38,488 nucleotides of DNA from Pirellulales bacterium (GCA_035550355.1 DASZPI010000770.1:1-38488); one strand, 5' to 3'; counted from the stretch's first letter, positions 19,219-28,646 are shown. Numbers and translations: made by a program. Notes: generated from the sequence alone by a model not told the origin.

Positions 19219-20796
19219 TTACCGCGCCGCCACCGGCGCTTCGTACGTTCGCGCCGTGCTGCCGATGTTGTCGAGCGCGATCTGATACAGTTCCTGGCCC
19301 TTGGCCGTTGGATACTCGCCGGTGATGCACGCGCGGCACATCTGGTCGTCGTCGAAGCCCAGCGCCCGCGCGATCGAATCGATCGGCAGGTAACGCAACG
19401 AATCGGCCCCTAGTTGCTCCGCCATCTGCGCCTGCCCCGCCTCGGTCAGTTGGCCTTGGTCGAGAAACCGTGGCGCAAACAGCTCGCCGATCGTCGACAT
19501 ATCGATGCCGTAAAAGCACGGTGCGACGATCGGCGGACAGGCGACTCGCACGTGAATTTCGCGCGCTCGCCCCAATTCGCGAATGCGGCTCAACAGCACT
19601 TTCATGGTCGTCGACCGCACGATCGAATCCTCGACCAGCAGCACGCGCTTGCCTTCCAGCACTTCGCGTAGCGGCGTGTACTTGCTCTCCACCTTGCGCC
19701 GCCGGCTGTTCGAACCCTCGATGAACGTGCGCCCCGTGTAGCGGTTGCGGATCAAACCTTCGCGCGACGGGATGCCCAAACGGAACGCCATCGCGTCGGC
19801 CGCCGCCTTGCTGGTGTCGGGCACCGGCACGACGATCGTATCCTCGTCGATCGGCACCGTTTCCAAACGCGCAAGCTCCTCGCCCAGCACCGTGCGCGAC
19901 AGGTACACGCTGCGTCCGTCCATGGTGCTGGCCACATTCGCAAAGTAGATCCACTCGAAGAAGCAGTGCGCCTGTCGCGGGCTGCTGGCGAACCGGCGGA
20001 CCTCGAACCGCCCGTCGCTAATGGTGATCGCCTGCCCGGGCAGCAGCGACTTGATGTTTTCGGGCGCAAAACCCAGGTTCAGCAACGCCACGCTTTCGCT
20101 GGCGGCAGCGAACAGCGGCGCCTCGTAGGCGTAGCACAAGGGCTTGATGCCCAACGGATCGCGGACCACCAGCATCTCGCCCAGGGCGTTCAGCAGCACG
20201 AGCGAATACGCGCCGTCGAACCCGCCGCTGACGCGCTGCCATAGGTCGACCAGCGACGGACGGTCGTCGTTCGACTTTGACAGTTCGCGGGCCAAGGCGT
20301 GCAGAATGATCTCGGTGTCGTTCTCGCGCGCCAGGTGGTTGTCGCCGCTGGCGAGCAAGTCTTCGCGCAACTGCTGATAGTTCGCCAACTGGCCGTTGAA
20401 GGCAAAGCTGAACCACTTGTGCTTCTGCAGATGCTGCCGCTCGTACGGCTGGGCGTAGTTGCGATCCTCGGCTCCGCAGGTGGCATAACGCACGTGGCCA
20501 ATGGCCGCCCGGCCGGCGTAGCGTTTCATCAGGCTTTCGGCCTTTTCGCGATGGCTGAGCCGAAACACCTCGCTGACGGTCCCCAGCTCCTTAAACGTGT
20601 CGAGTAACTGATGCCGCAACGGCGAAAAGCTTGTCATGCCCGAGGAGAGCTGGCCCCGATTCTGAATGTCCAACAGCATGCGGGGCATGAGCCGCGAAAC
20701 TTCTTCGGGCCCCTGCTCCGGGCACAGGCGGCTGGGAACCTGGCCGGGTAGATGGTAGATGGCCGCGACGCCGCACTCGTGATGAAGTTCGCTCAT
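19219..20796 (-). CDS. purF: Amidophosphoribosyltransferase
   Basis: Propeptide plus Ntn Cys ([14 protein letters not shown]), PRPP loop [13 protein letters not shown], Fe-S Cys region [15 protein letters not shown]. Start set at ATG 20796. Confidence 0.95.
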   Translation of the reverse strand: MSELHHECGVAAIYHLPGQVPSRLCPEQGPEEVSRLMPRMLLDIQNRGQLSSGMTSFSPLRHQLLDTFKELGTVSEVFRLSHREKAESLMKRYAGRAAIGHVRYATCGAEDRNYAQPYERQHLQKHKWFSFAFNGQLANYQQLREDLLASGDNHLARENDTEIILHALARELSKSNDDRPSLVDLWQRVSGGFDGAYSLVLLNALGEMLVVRDPLGIKPLCYAYEAPLFAAASESVALLNLGFAPENIKSLLPGQAITISDGRFEVRRFASSPRQAHCFFEWIYFANVASTMDGRSVYLSRTVLGEELARLETVPIDEDTIVVPVPDTSKAAADAMAFRLGIPSREGLIRNRYTGRTFIEGSNSRRRKVESKYTPLREVLEGKRVLLVEDSIVRSTTMKVLLSRIRELGRAREIHVRVACPPIVAPCFYGIDMSTIGELFAPRFLDQGQLTEAGQAQMAEQLGADSLRYLPIDSIARALGFDDDQMCRACITGEYPTAKGQELYQIALDNIGSTARTYEAPVAAR

Positions 20797-20826
20797 AGAA
20801 CTGCATTGTATCCGGCGAGCGCGTTT

Positions 20827-20855
20827 CGCGACAACCAAACCCTAACACGGTATGA
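20827..20855 (+). promoter_or_regulatory. Candidate sigma70-type promoter for proB: GCGACA-17 nt-TATGAT
   Basis: -35-like GCGACA at 20827-20832, 17-nt spacer, -10 TATGAT at 20850-20855. About 68 nt upstream of the proB ATG. An 11-bp palindrome TTTGC-G-GCAAA (20855-20865) abuts the -10. Confidence 0.3.
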
Positions 20856-20922
20856 TTTGCGGCAAACGCGATCACATACACCCTCAGCCCCCGGCGATTC
20901 GCCCGAGGCTAAACTTCTCGCC

Positions 20923-22074
20923 ATGTCGACCGACCTTTTACGCCAGGAAGTTGCCGCAGCGGCTGACATGATCGTCGTCAAGGTCGGCACGCGCATTCTC
21001 ACGCGCGCCGACGGCACGCTGAACGAAGAGCGCGTCGCGGCCTTGGCCGGCGAATTGCACCAGGTTGCCCAGACAGGACGCCGTGTCGCATTGGTCAGCT
21101 CCGGCGCGGTCGGGGCGGGAATGGGCCAACTGGGCCTCAAGCAGCGGCCGCGAGATTTAGCACACCTGCAAGCGGTGGCGGCGGTGGGGCAAACCTATCT
21201 GGTGCAAACGTACGATCGCGCACTACGGGCCCTGGGACGCCACGCAGCACAGATCCTGCTGACGGCCGACGATTTGAACGATCGGCCGCGTTATCTGAAC
21301 GTACGAAACACCGTGCTGACGTTGCTCGAGTACGGCGCGGTGCCGATTATCAACGAGAACGACACCGTCAGCGTCGAAGAGTTGCAGACCACGTTCGGCG
21401 ACAACGACCGGCTGGCTGCAATGGTCACCAACTGCATTCGGGCCCCGCTGTTGGTGATCCTTTCCGATATCGACGGTCTCTACGACGGCGATCCGCGGCA
21501 GAGCGGTGCGTCGCTGGTGTCCACGGTGATGAAACTCGACGATTCGATCTTCAACCTCGTGCGCGACCAGAAGACGGGCCTCAGCAAGGGGGGCATGGCC
21601 AGCAAGCTCAACGCCGCGCGGATGGCCACCGTAGCCGGCGAAAATGTGATCATCGCCAGCGGCCGCGAGCCGGGCTCACTCGCCCGAATCCTGGCCGGCG
21701 AGCAGATCGGTACCCTGTTCGTCGCTCAAGGACAGTCGATTCGCTCATGGAAGCGCTGGATCGGGTTCACCGTCGCTCCGCGCGGTTACCTGGTGCTCGA
21801 TGCCGGCGCTCGTCGGGCGGTCGAAAAGCAAGGTCGCAGTCTGTTGGCTGCCGGGATCGTCGAGCTTGGCGGCACGTTCAAGAAGGGGGACGTCATCGCC
21901 CTGCGCGACGGCGACGGGATCGAATTTGCCCGCGGCCTGACGAATTACGATGCTGCCGACATGGCGCGGATCAAGGGGCTGAAGACCGACGCCATTGCCG
22001 CGGCGCTGGGCCACTGCCCGTATCAAGAGGTCATCCACCGCGACAACATGGTGGTGACGATCAGCGGCGATTGA
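20923..22074 (+). CDS. proB: Glutamate 5-kinase with C-terminal PUA domain
   Basis: IVVKVGTRILT and VALVSSGAVGAG (amino-acid kinase fold). C-terminal PUA-like LLAAGIVELGGTFKKGDVIAL. Start at ATG 20923; the upstream part of the track ORF overlaps purF antisense. Confidence 0.9.
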   Translation: MSTDLLRQEVAAAADMIVVKVGTRILTRADGTLNEERVAALAGELHQVAQTGRRVALVSSGAVGAGMGQLGLKQRPRDLAHLQAVAAVGQTYLVQTYDRALRALGRHAAQILLTADDLNDRPRYLNVRNTVLTLLEYGAVPIINENDTVSVEELQTTFGDNDRLAAMVTNCIRAPLLVILSDIDGLYDGDPRQSGASLVSTVMKLDDSIFNLVRDQKTGLSKGGMASKLNAARMATVAGENVIIASGREPGSLARILAGEQIGTLFVAQGQSIRSWKRWIGFTVAPRGYLVLDAGARRAVEKQGRSLLAAGIVELGGTFKKGDVIALRDGDGIEFARGLTNYDAADMARIKGLKTDAIAAALGHCPYQEVIHRDNMVVTISGD

Positions 22075-22181
22075 TGTTTAGCCGCGACGCGCAGCGAGCG
22101 CTCTTGACTGTGTACGCACGTATATTACACTTGCGCATGTACAGTATCGCCCCGGCTCCAACAGTACGAGGACGAGCGACG

Positions 22182-22784
22182 ATGGCCGACCTGACCAGCC
22201 TTACCGAACGTCAGCGCGAAGTATACGGGTTCATCCGCGATAAGATCCGTTCGCGCGGCTACGGCCCCACGGTTCGCGAGATCGGCACCCAGTTCGGCAT
22301 TAGCTCGCCCAATGGCGTGATGTGCCACCTGAAGGCGCTGGAAAAAAAGGGGCTGATTTCACGCGAGCCCAACATGTCGCGGGCGATCATGCTAGCAACC
22401 GAAACTCCCGAGGGGTCGCGAGGGCTGCCGCTGCGAGGGACGATCGCCGCCGGCGTGTTGCACGAGGCGATCGAGCAGGATGAATTGATCGATTTCGGCG
22501 ACTTCTTCAACGCCGACGACCTGTTCGTGCTGCGTGTGAAGGGGGACTCGATGATCGAGGACCAAATTGCCGACGGCGATTATGTCGTGGTCCGCAAGCA
22601 AGAGAGCGCCCATCGCGGCGACACGGTGGTTGCCTTGACCGACGAGAACGAAGCGACTCTCAAGCGGTGGTATCCCGAAGGAAACCGCATTCGCTTGCAG
22701 CCGGCCAACTCGGAAATGGCCCCCATCTACGTGGACAACGCTCGCGTGCTGGGCGTCGTCGTCGGCGTGGTGCGAAAGGTTTGA
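22182..22784 (+). CDS. lexA: LexA repressor (S24 self-cleaving)
   Basis: N-terminal winged helix LTERQREVYGFIRDKIRSRGYGPTVREIG, catalytic Ser in VKGDSMIE, Lys in ATLKRWY. Start at ATG 22182. Confidence 0.9.
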   Translation: MADLTSLTERQREVYGFIRDKIRSRGYGPTVREIGTQFGISSPNGVMCHLKALEKKGLISREPNMSRAIMLATETPEGSRGLPLRGTIAAGVLHEAIEQDELIDFGDFFNADDLFVLRVKGDSMIEDQIADGDYVVVRKQESAHRGDTVVALTDENEATLKRWYPEGNRIRLQPANSEMAPIYVDNARVLGVVVGVVRKV

Positions 22785-22793
22785 GCGCTCGAT

Positions 22794-24185
22794 TCAGAGG
22801 CTTTTGGCTTTCGCCGACTCTTGAATCCCGACTCCCGAATCCTGTTCCTGGTTCAGCTTGTTGTACAAGGTCTTCAGGCTGATCCCCAGCTCATCGGCCG
22901 CTTTGGGCTTGTTCCCCTTGTGCCGATCGAGCGCCTGGTGGATCGCAACCATCTCGAGCTCGCGCAACGTGGGAGCCGAGGCGGTGACGGGCAGCTTGAA
23001 ATGCGGTCCGCGGAGCCGGCGTTCCTGAAACTTCGACGGCAGATGCTGAGGCGTAATCGGACCGTCCTCGCACAGGATCGCCGCGTGTTCGATCACGTTG
23101 GCCAATTCGCGCACATTGCCCGGCCAGGCATGGTTCTGTAGCGCGTCGGCAGCCTCGGGCGAGATCGGCTCGTCGCCCGGCCGCAGGTGAGGCCGGTAAC
23201 GCCGTAACAAGTGGAGCGCCAGCTCGGGCACGTCGGACAATCGATCGCGCAGCGCCGGCAAGTGGATTTCGAAGGTGTTGATGCGGAACATCAGGTCTTC
23301 GCGGAACTCGCCGGCCGCAACCATTGCTTCGAGATCGCGGTGAGTTGCGCACACAACGCGCACGTCGACCGTGAACGAGTCGTTATCGCCCACGCGGCGA
23401 ATCTCGCCGCTTTCGAGCGCGCGCAGCAACTTGGCCTGCATCGACTTCGGCAACTCGCCGATCTCGTCGAGAAACAATGTCCCGCCGTTGGCGACTTCGA
23501 ACAAGCCGACGCGATGATCGTCGGCGCCGGTGAACGCCCCTCGACGGTGACCGAACAGCTCGCTTTCGATCAGGTTCTCGGGCAGCCCACCGCAATTGAT
23601 CGCCACGAACGGCAGTGTTGCACGCAGGCTCTGGTCGTGCAGCGCTCGGGCGACCAGCTCTTTTCCGGTTCCCGTCTCGCCGAGGATCAACACGGTGCTG
23701 TCGGTCGGCGCGACGCGGCTGATCAACTTGCGCACGGTGTTCATCGCTTCCGAGCTGCCGATGAGCTGCGAAGGACCTTCGAGCTTTTCCACGCGCAGCT
23801 TCAGCGCGCGGCATTTGTTGGTCAGCTCGCGCTTTTCGGCCACGCGTTCCAGCAGGGCCTTCAGCTCGGCGAGCTTGCAGGGCTTGGTGAGGTAGTCGAA
23901 CGCGCCGTGGCGCAGGGCTTGCACCGCTGTTTCGAGCGACGATTTGCCGGTGAGCACCACGGCCTCGGTATCGGGTGAGAGCTGCTTGGCACGCGCGATG
24001 ACCTCGATTCCCGACAGCTTGGGCATGTCGAGATCGACGAGCACGCAATCGTACGTGTTCATCTCCAGCGCGTTGGCCGCCGTGGCGCCGTCCGGACACA
24101 CGGTCACTTCGTGGCCCATGCGCGGCAGCTCGACGCTCATCAACTCTTGCAGCGAGCGCTCATCGTCGGCGAACAGCAGCTTCAA
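22794..24185 (-). CDS. Sigma54-dependent (NtrC-family) response regulator: REC + AAA+ + Fis-type HTH
   Basis: Receiver KLLFADDE...[12 protein letters not shown]. Walker A GETGTGKE. Intact sigma54-contact motif [16 protein letters not shown]-terminal [19 protein letters not shown]. No ATG is available; TTG 24185 lies 4 nt after the kinase stop. An upstream TTG at 24227 is an alternative. Confidence 0.9.
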   Translation of the reverse strand: MKLLFADDERSLQELMSVELPRMGHEVTVCPDGATAANALEMNTYDCVLVDLDMPKLSGIEVIARAKQLSPDTEAVVLTGKSSLETAVQALRHGAFDYLTKPCKLAELKALLERVAEKRELTNKCRALKLRVEKLEGPSQLIGSSEAMNTVRKLISRVAPTDSTVLILGETGTGKELVARALHDQSLRATLPFVAINCGGLPENLIESELFGHRRGAFTGADDHRVGLFEVANGGTLFLDEIGELPKSMQAKLLRALESGEIRRVGDNDSFTVDVRVVCATHRDLEAMVAAGEFREDLMFRINTFEIHLPALRDRLSDVPELALHLLRRYRPHLRPGDEPISPEAADALQNHAWPGNVRELANVIEHAAILCEDGPITPQHLPSKFQERRLRGPHFKLPVTASAPTLRELEMVAIHQALDRHKGNKPKAADELGISLKTLYNKLNQEQDSGVGIQESAKAKSL

Positions 24186-24189
24186 TCGT

Positions 24190-25779
24190 TTATGCGGCTT
24201 TGTGGTAATGGTCCAACTCCTTGCGACTTTCAACCAGCGGCAAACGGACGGTGAAACGCGATCCGTGACCTGGACCGTCGCTGTGCACGTCGATGGCCCC
24301 TTCGTGATCGGCAATGATGCGGTACGCGATGGACAGACCGAGGCCGGTCCCCTGCCCGCCGCGTTTGCGTGTGAAGAATGGTTCGAACAGATGTTTGCGC
24401 ACCTCGACCGACATGCCGCAGCCGTTGTCGGCAACGGTGAGCACCGCCTGGCTGCCGCGGCGCGAGATGTCGATGTGCACCGCGCCGCCGGGGTCGAGGC
24501 TATCGAGCCCGTTGACAATCAGGTTCAGCACCACCTGCTTGATTTCTTGCGGATTGATGAGCGCGAGCACCGGCTCGCCCGGCATCATCTCGACGTGCTT
24601 CTCGCTGTATTTGCCCAGGTGGCTGATCATGTCGATCACCCCTTGCACCAGCTCGCGCAGGTCGGCAGTCTGGCGCTTCACTTCGCCGAGGCGCGAGAAG
24701 TCGAGCAACCGCTCGGTGATTTCTTTGCAGCGAAATGCCTCGGTCTGGATCATGCGCAGGTAGTTGCGCACCGGAGCGTAGCGATCGTCGTCGGGCTTGA
24801 GCACCTCTTCGACACGCCCTTCGAGCGACTCGGCGCACATGGCAATCGAGGCCAGTGGATTGTTGATCTCGTGGGCCACGCCGGCCGCCAGGAACCCGAC
24901 GCTGGCGAGTTGCTCGCTGCGGACGACTTGTCGCGTCCGCTCTTGCACTTGGCTGTCCAGGTCGTCGCGGATCGCGCGAAACCGCGCGGTCATGTCGTTC
25001 ATCGCCTGGGCAAGTTCGGCCATCTCGTCGCAGGTATCGAGGCGGATGCGATATTCGAAGTTGCCGGCGGCAACCTTGCGCGAACCCTTGATCAACACGC
25101 GCAATGGTCGGAACACCCACTCGTAAAACAGCTTGACCCACAAGGCGAAAATCAATGCGGTGATCACGCTGGTGACCCAGGCCAGCACCAACAGGGCACG
25201 GTACTGGCCACGGGCCTCTTCGGTGAAATCATGGATGTTTTCGTGCAAGTAGCTGGGCAGCTCGGCCGACAGTTCTTCGAGGTGCTCGAGTTCCATGGCC
25301 AGCGCGCCCGCCTGAAGACGATCGAGCAGCCAGTCCCCGTTGCTCACGAAGTGTTCGATGCGCGATAGCGATTGATCAATTGCGCGCACCGTAATCCATT
25401 CGCCGCGGCTGTCGCCGATCGGGTCTTGCGGCGAGTTGTCGGTCAATTGTTCACGGTACTTGCCCAGCGTGTAGCGGACCGCATCGAGGTAGAGGTGAAA
25501 CTCTTCCTGGATCAGCTCGTACACCGCCGAGGGCTTGTCGCGACCGGGAATCGGAGTGCGTTCGACCGAGCGCGCCTCGCTGAGCGTCACTCGCAAGTTG
25601 CTGACGTGGCGCATCATCTCGGTGGCCAGCGGCAGCTCGTAGACGCGGCGCAGGCTGCGCACCAAGCCGCGATACGAGTACAAGCCTTGAATGCCGCCCC
25701 ATGCCAGCATGCTGACGATCGCCAGCAGCAGGGCAAAGCAGACAAACAGCTTGTTGCGAATGGGCCAACGCGAGGGCAA
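24190..25779 (-). CDS. Sensor histidine kinase (2 TM, extracytoplasmic loop, HAMP, HisKA, HATPase_c)
   Basis: TM1 LFVCFALLLAIVSMLAWGG, TM2 LLVLAWVTSVITALIFALWV, H-box GVAHEINNPL, N-box NLIVNGLD, G-boxes DNGCGM and GTGLGLSI. TTG start at 25779 with GGAGG 6 nt upstream. Confidence 0.9.
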   Translation of the reverse strand: MPSRWPIRNKLFVCFALLLAIVSMLAWGGIQGLYSYRGLVRSLRRVYELPLATEMMRHVSNLRVTLSEARSVERTPIPGRDKPSAVYELIQEEFHLYLDAVRYTLGKYREQLTDNSPQDPIGDSRGEWITVRAIDQSLSRIEHFVSNGDWLLDRLQAGALAMELEHLEELSAELPSYLHENIHDFTEEARGQYRALLVLAWVTSVITALIFALWVKLFYEWVFRPLRVLIKGSRKVAAGNFEYRIRLDTCDEMAELAQAMNDMTARFRAIRDDLDSQVQERTRQVVRSEQLASVGFLAAGVAHEINNPLASIAMCAESLEGRVEEVLKPDDDRYAPVRNYLRMIQTEAFRCKEITERLLDFSRLGEVKRQTADLRELVQGVIDMISHLGKYSEKHVEMMPGEPVLALINPQEIKQVVLNLIVNGLDSLDPGGAVHIDISRRGSQAVLTVADNGCGMSVEVRKHLFEPFFTRKRGGQGTGLGLSIAYRIIADHEGAIDVHSDGPGHGSRFTVRLPLVESRKELDHYHKAA

Positions 25780-25928
25780 AGGCGACCTCCTTGTCGCGGA
25801 TGCACAGGGAGGCGGAGTGTACCAATGCTCGCGAACTGGCGGAAGGCGAGCCGAGACGGGCCCACGCCGAACGTTGCCAGAACCGTTCTCGATCCCGCGC
25901 GGCGGCTTGGGTGGCGTCAGGAGTCGCG

Positions 25929-25957
25929 TTGACCCGACCGGACGCTACGAGTATCGT
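25929..25957 (+). promoter_or_regulatory. Candidate sigma70-type promoter for the phosphatase-like gene: TTGACC-17 nt-TATCGT
   Basis: TTGACC at 25929-25934, 17-nt spacer, TATCGT at 25952-25957. About 34 nt upstream of ATG 25991. Confidence 0.35.
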
Positions 25958-25990
25958 TCTCGGCCCAGGTCCCTACTTCGCGCGCACGAT

Positions 25991-27325
25991 ATGCCATCGA
26001 CTGCTAGCACGGAAACAGGTTCGGCGATGCGGATTGTGTATCGCGTGATCGGCGCCGTAGTCGTCTTGGCATTGGGCTGGGCGATCTATGGATCGTTCTG
26101 GCGCTATCACGTCAAACGGTTTCAAGTGGTCCGCGAAGGCGTGCTGTACCGGACGGGTCAGCCGACCGAATTGGGACTGCGACATCTAATTGCCGATCAC
26201 GGCGTCAAGACGATCGTCAGTCTGCAACTGTACGATTTCCGATTACACAGCGGGCTGTACGACCCCGGCGACGCCAACGGTGCGAAGGAGGCCGATTACG
26301 TCGCCCGTCTGGGCGCCAAGCACTTGCAATGGCCCATGGGCGAGGAAGCATGCTGGCCTTGGCCGACGCCCTGGCAATTCGAGGCGTTCTTCGCCCTGCT
26401 CGACGATCCCAAGAACCTGCCCGTGATGATCCACTGCATGGGCGGTCGGCATCGCACCGGCACGTTGTCGGCATTGTATCGATTGGAGTACGATCGCTGG
26501 CCGATCGAACGCGCGCTCGCTGAGATGCAGTCGTTCGACTTCAACGACTGCACCCCGTTGCAAGAACACAACCTGCGAACGTATTTGCCACGTCCGCATC
26601 CCGCGCCCGAGGTTTGGGATCAACTCGAAACCGCGTTGGGAGCCGTCGTCGGCGCCCCCGAGGTGACGCACTACGAAGAGCTCGTACGCCGATTGCGCGC
26701 ACGGCTCGATGAACCGGCGATCGTCACTGCAATCTCCGAGTACGTGACGGCGCGAGGTGCGTTTGCGCTACCGCTGGTGCAGCGTCTCATCGACGACGAG
26801 CAATCCGCTTTAGTTCCGTCGGCGATCGCTGCGGCCGCCAAGGTCGTCGAACAACCCAAGGCGGCGCAGACCGATTGGCAATCGGCCGCCGCGTTGGTTG
26901 CGGACTTTGGCGACAGGCGGAGCCAGCGGCGTTTGCAGTCGGTTCTAGGCGAGGAGGTCGGTGCGAGCGCCGTTTCGCCGCGCTATGCGGCCCTGGCGGC
27001 TGGCGTGATGAACCGCTACACGCGCAATCGGATTGGCTATCTGGTGGCGATGCTCGAAGACGAGCGACAGCGCGTCGAGCCGGATGCGAGCGGCTACCGA
27101 TATTGCGACAGCGCGGTCGCGCGGCTGGTGTCGATTACCGATCAACCGTTGTTCCGCGGCGGTCCGACCGCGGCGAATTGGGATCGAGCGCGGGCGGCGG
27201 CCCGCGCCTTGCTCGCCGAGAACCCGGCGCTGGCCGACCTGGGCACCCTCGCGCCCCCGAACGGACGCAACATGGTGCGTGTCGGCGACGGAACAACGAA
27301 AGAAGATCTCAGCCGTCTGAAGTAG
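25991..27325 (+). CDS. Membrane-anchored CX5R (protein-tyrosine / dual-specificity type) phosphatase-like protein with a ~200-aa helical C-terminal domain of unknown function
   Basis: N-terminal TM IVYRVIGAVVVLALGWAIYGSFW. P-loop HCMGGRHRTGT (C-X5-R-S/T). The C-terminal half (from about EVTHYEELVRRL) has no motif I recognise. Start at ATG 25991. Confidence 0.7.
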   Translation: MPSTASTETGSAMRIVYRVIGAVVVLALGWAIYGSFWRYHVKRFQVVREGVLYRTGQPTELGLRHLIADHGVKTIVSLQLYDFRLHSGLYDPGDANGAKEADYVARLGAKHLQWPMGEEACWPWPTPWQFEAFFALLDDPKNLPVMIHCMGGRHRTGTLSALYRLEYDRWPIERALAEMQSFDFNDCTPLQEHNLRTYLPRPHPAPEVWDQLETALGAVVGAPEVTHYEELVRRLRARLDEPAIVTAISEYVTARGAFALPLVQRLIDDEQSALVPSAIAAAAKVVEQPKAAQTDWQSAAALVADFGDRRSQRRLQSVLGEEVGASAVSPRYAALAAGVMNRYTRNRIGYLVAMLEDERQRVEPDASGYRYCDSAVARLVSITDQPLFRGGPTAANWDRARAAARALLAENPALADLGTLAPPNGRNMVRVGDGTTKEDLSRLK

Positions 27326-27359
27326 GCACCCGGGGCGGCGAGCAGAATCGCCGGCGAAG

Positions 27360-28646
27360 CTAGCCCGCGTCGCGGGCCTGCCGTTGTTGGCGCGCTTCTT
27401 TCATCAAATAGCTGATCGCGTGGAACAGCTCGCGCACTGCCAGCAGATTGTTCTCTTGGGCGGCGGCTTGTTCGCTACGGCGAACGTAGGCGTCGGCGGT
27501 TGACCATTCGATCTGCCATTGCTGCTCGGATGCTGATTGCCGGATCGATTCGATCAGTGACTTCAGACGGTCGATCAGCGCACGGTCGGGATTACAGACG
27601 AGCGATCGATAGGGACCACCGCCCAGGGTGCTAATTTCGCCGTCGAACGAGGCGTTCTCGACCGCGCTGGCCTTGCTGACCAACGCTGCCCCCAACGTAA
27701 TCACCGCGGCAACGGCGCTGGCTGCGGCAAACAAGGGCATGTCGATCAAAAACAAAATCAGCGCCGCGGCCAGTGCGACGCCGAACACGATCCAAAACGC
27801 GGGATGAATACGCGTGTCGCCGCTTGGATTCGCAGGCGCGGCGATCGCACCACTGGCCCCACTCGCCGACGGCAACGCTGTCACGCGCACGACGATCACC
27901 GAGATGTTGTCGGGCCCGCCGCGCAAATTCGCGAGATCGACCAATGTTTGCACCGCTTCGTGCGGTGGCAGGGCTTGCAGCACGGCGCCAATTTCCTCGT
28001 CGGAAACCTGGCCGCTCAGACCGTCGCTGCACAGCAGAAACGTGTCGCCAGGGACCAGCGGAAACGGTCCTTCGAGATCGACCTGCACCGTCGGGTTGGG
28101 ACCGAGCGAACGGGTGATCACGTTCTTAGGAATGTACGTTGGCAGATCGCGTTCGCTGATCTTGCTGGCGGCCATCATCTCCCACACCAGGCTGTGATCG
28201 GCCGAAAGCTGCTCGAGGCGATTGCCGCGCAGTCGGTAGGCGCGGCTATCGCCGACGTGGGCAACGACGGCGCCTTGCGGCAAGACCGCCAGGGCGCTGG
28301 TCGTGGTGCCCATGCCCTTGAAATCGGGGTTTGCCTGCCCGCGAGCGTTGATTTTGGCGTTGGCGTCCTCGAGTGCCTTCTTAAAAGCATCGGGCGCCGA
28401 AGGATCGGGCAGCTTGTAATAGGTCAGTAAGACCGTATCGACGGCCATCTTACTGGCCAATTCGCCGGCAGCGTGCGCACCCATGCCGTCGGCCACCATG
28501 AACAAGTGCCCGCGGCGCCGCCACGAGTCTTCACTGCCCGAAATGACTGAGCCGAGCGAGTCCTGGTTGTTCGACCGACGGAGCCCGACGTCGGAAAGCT
28601 CGGCGTATTCGAGATAGCTCTGCCACGATGCAGCTTTGTTGTCCAT
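27360..28646 (-). CDS. PP2C-family Ser/Thr phosphatase with a two-helix membrane hairpin and ~110-aa C-terminal domain
   Basis: SDVGLRRSNNQDS, FMVADGMGAHAAGELAS, LLCSDGLS, GGPDNISVIVV. Then FWIVFGVALAAALILFLI and LFAAASAVAAVITLGAALV, then a soluble helical tail. Confidence 0.9.
   Translation of the reverse strand: MDNKAASWQSYLEYAELSDVGLRRSNNQDSLGSVISGSEDSWRRRGHLFMVADGMGAHAAGELASKMAVDTVLLTYYKLPDPSAPDAFKKALEDANAKINARGQANPDFKGMGTTTSALAVLPQGAVVAHVGDSRAYRLRGNRLEQLSADHSLVWEMMAASKISERDLPTYIPKNVITRSLGPNPTVQVDLEGPFPLVPGDTFLLCSDGLSGQVSDEEIGAVLQALPPHEAVQTLVDLANLRGGPDNISVIVVRVTALPSASGASGAIAAPANPSGDTRIHPAFWIVFGVALAAALILFLIDMPLFAAASAVAAVITLGAALVSKASAVENASFDGEISTLGGGPYRSLVCNPDRALIDRLKSLIESIRQSASEQQWQIEWSTADAYVRRSEQAAAQENNLLAVRELFHAISYLMKEARQQRQARDAG

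Noticed and set aside
19211-19954. N-terminal 248 aa of the 572-aa track ORF 18236-19954
   Set aside because: This part overlaps purF in another frame and is Arg/Gly/Ala-rich. The dehydrogenase begins at MRIVLCYP (ATG 19210), 8 nt after the purF stop.
20752-20922. Upstream extensions of the proB (20752-20922) and lexA (21747-22181) track ORFs
   Set aside because: The extensions overlap neighbouring genes (purF antisense, the proB 3' end) and lack family sequence. Canonical N-termini begin at ATG 20923 and ATG 22182.
22137-22146. E. coli-type SOS half-site TACTGTACAT (minus strand) upstream of lexA
   Set aside because: The partner half does not match: CTGT-N8-AAGT rather than CTGT-N8-ACAG. 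It is therefore not a gammaproteobacterial-type box. The region is kept only as a candidate divergent operator.
22096-22790. 8-bp palindrome GAGCGCTC on both sides of lexA (22096-22103 and 22783-22790)
   Set aside because: The same GC-rich 8-mer also occurs inside unrelated coding regions (around 13262 and 24147), so two flanking copies are consistent with chance in this composition.
25869-25885. Sigma54-like TGGCAA-CGTTC-GGCG on the minus strand upstream of the histidine kinase
   Set aside because: GG and GC are separated by 9 nt rather than 10, and the -24 hexamer is imperfect. The spacing is strict for sigma54 promoters.
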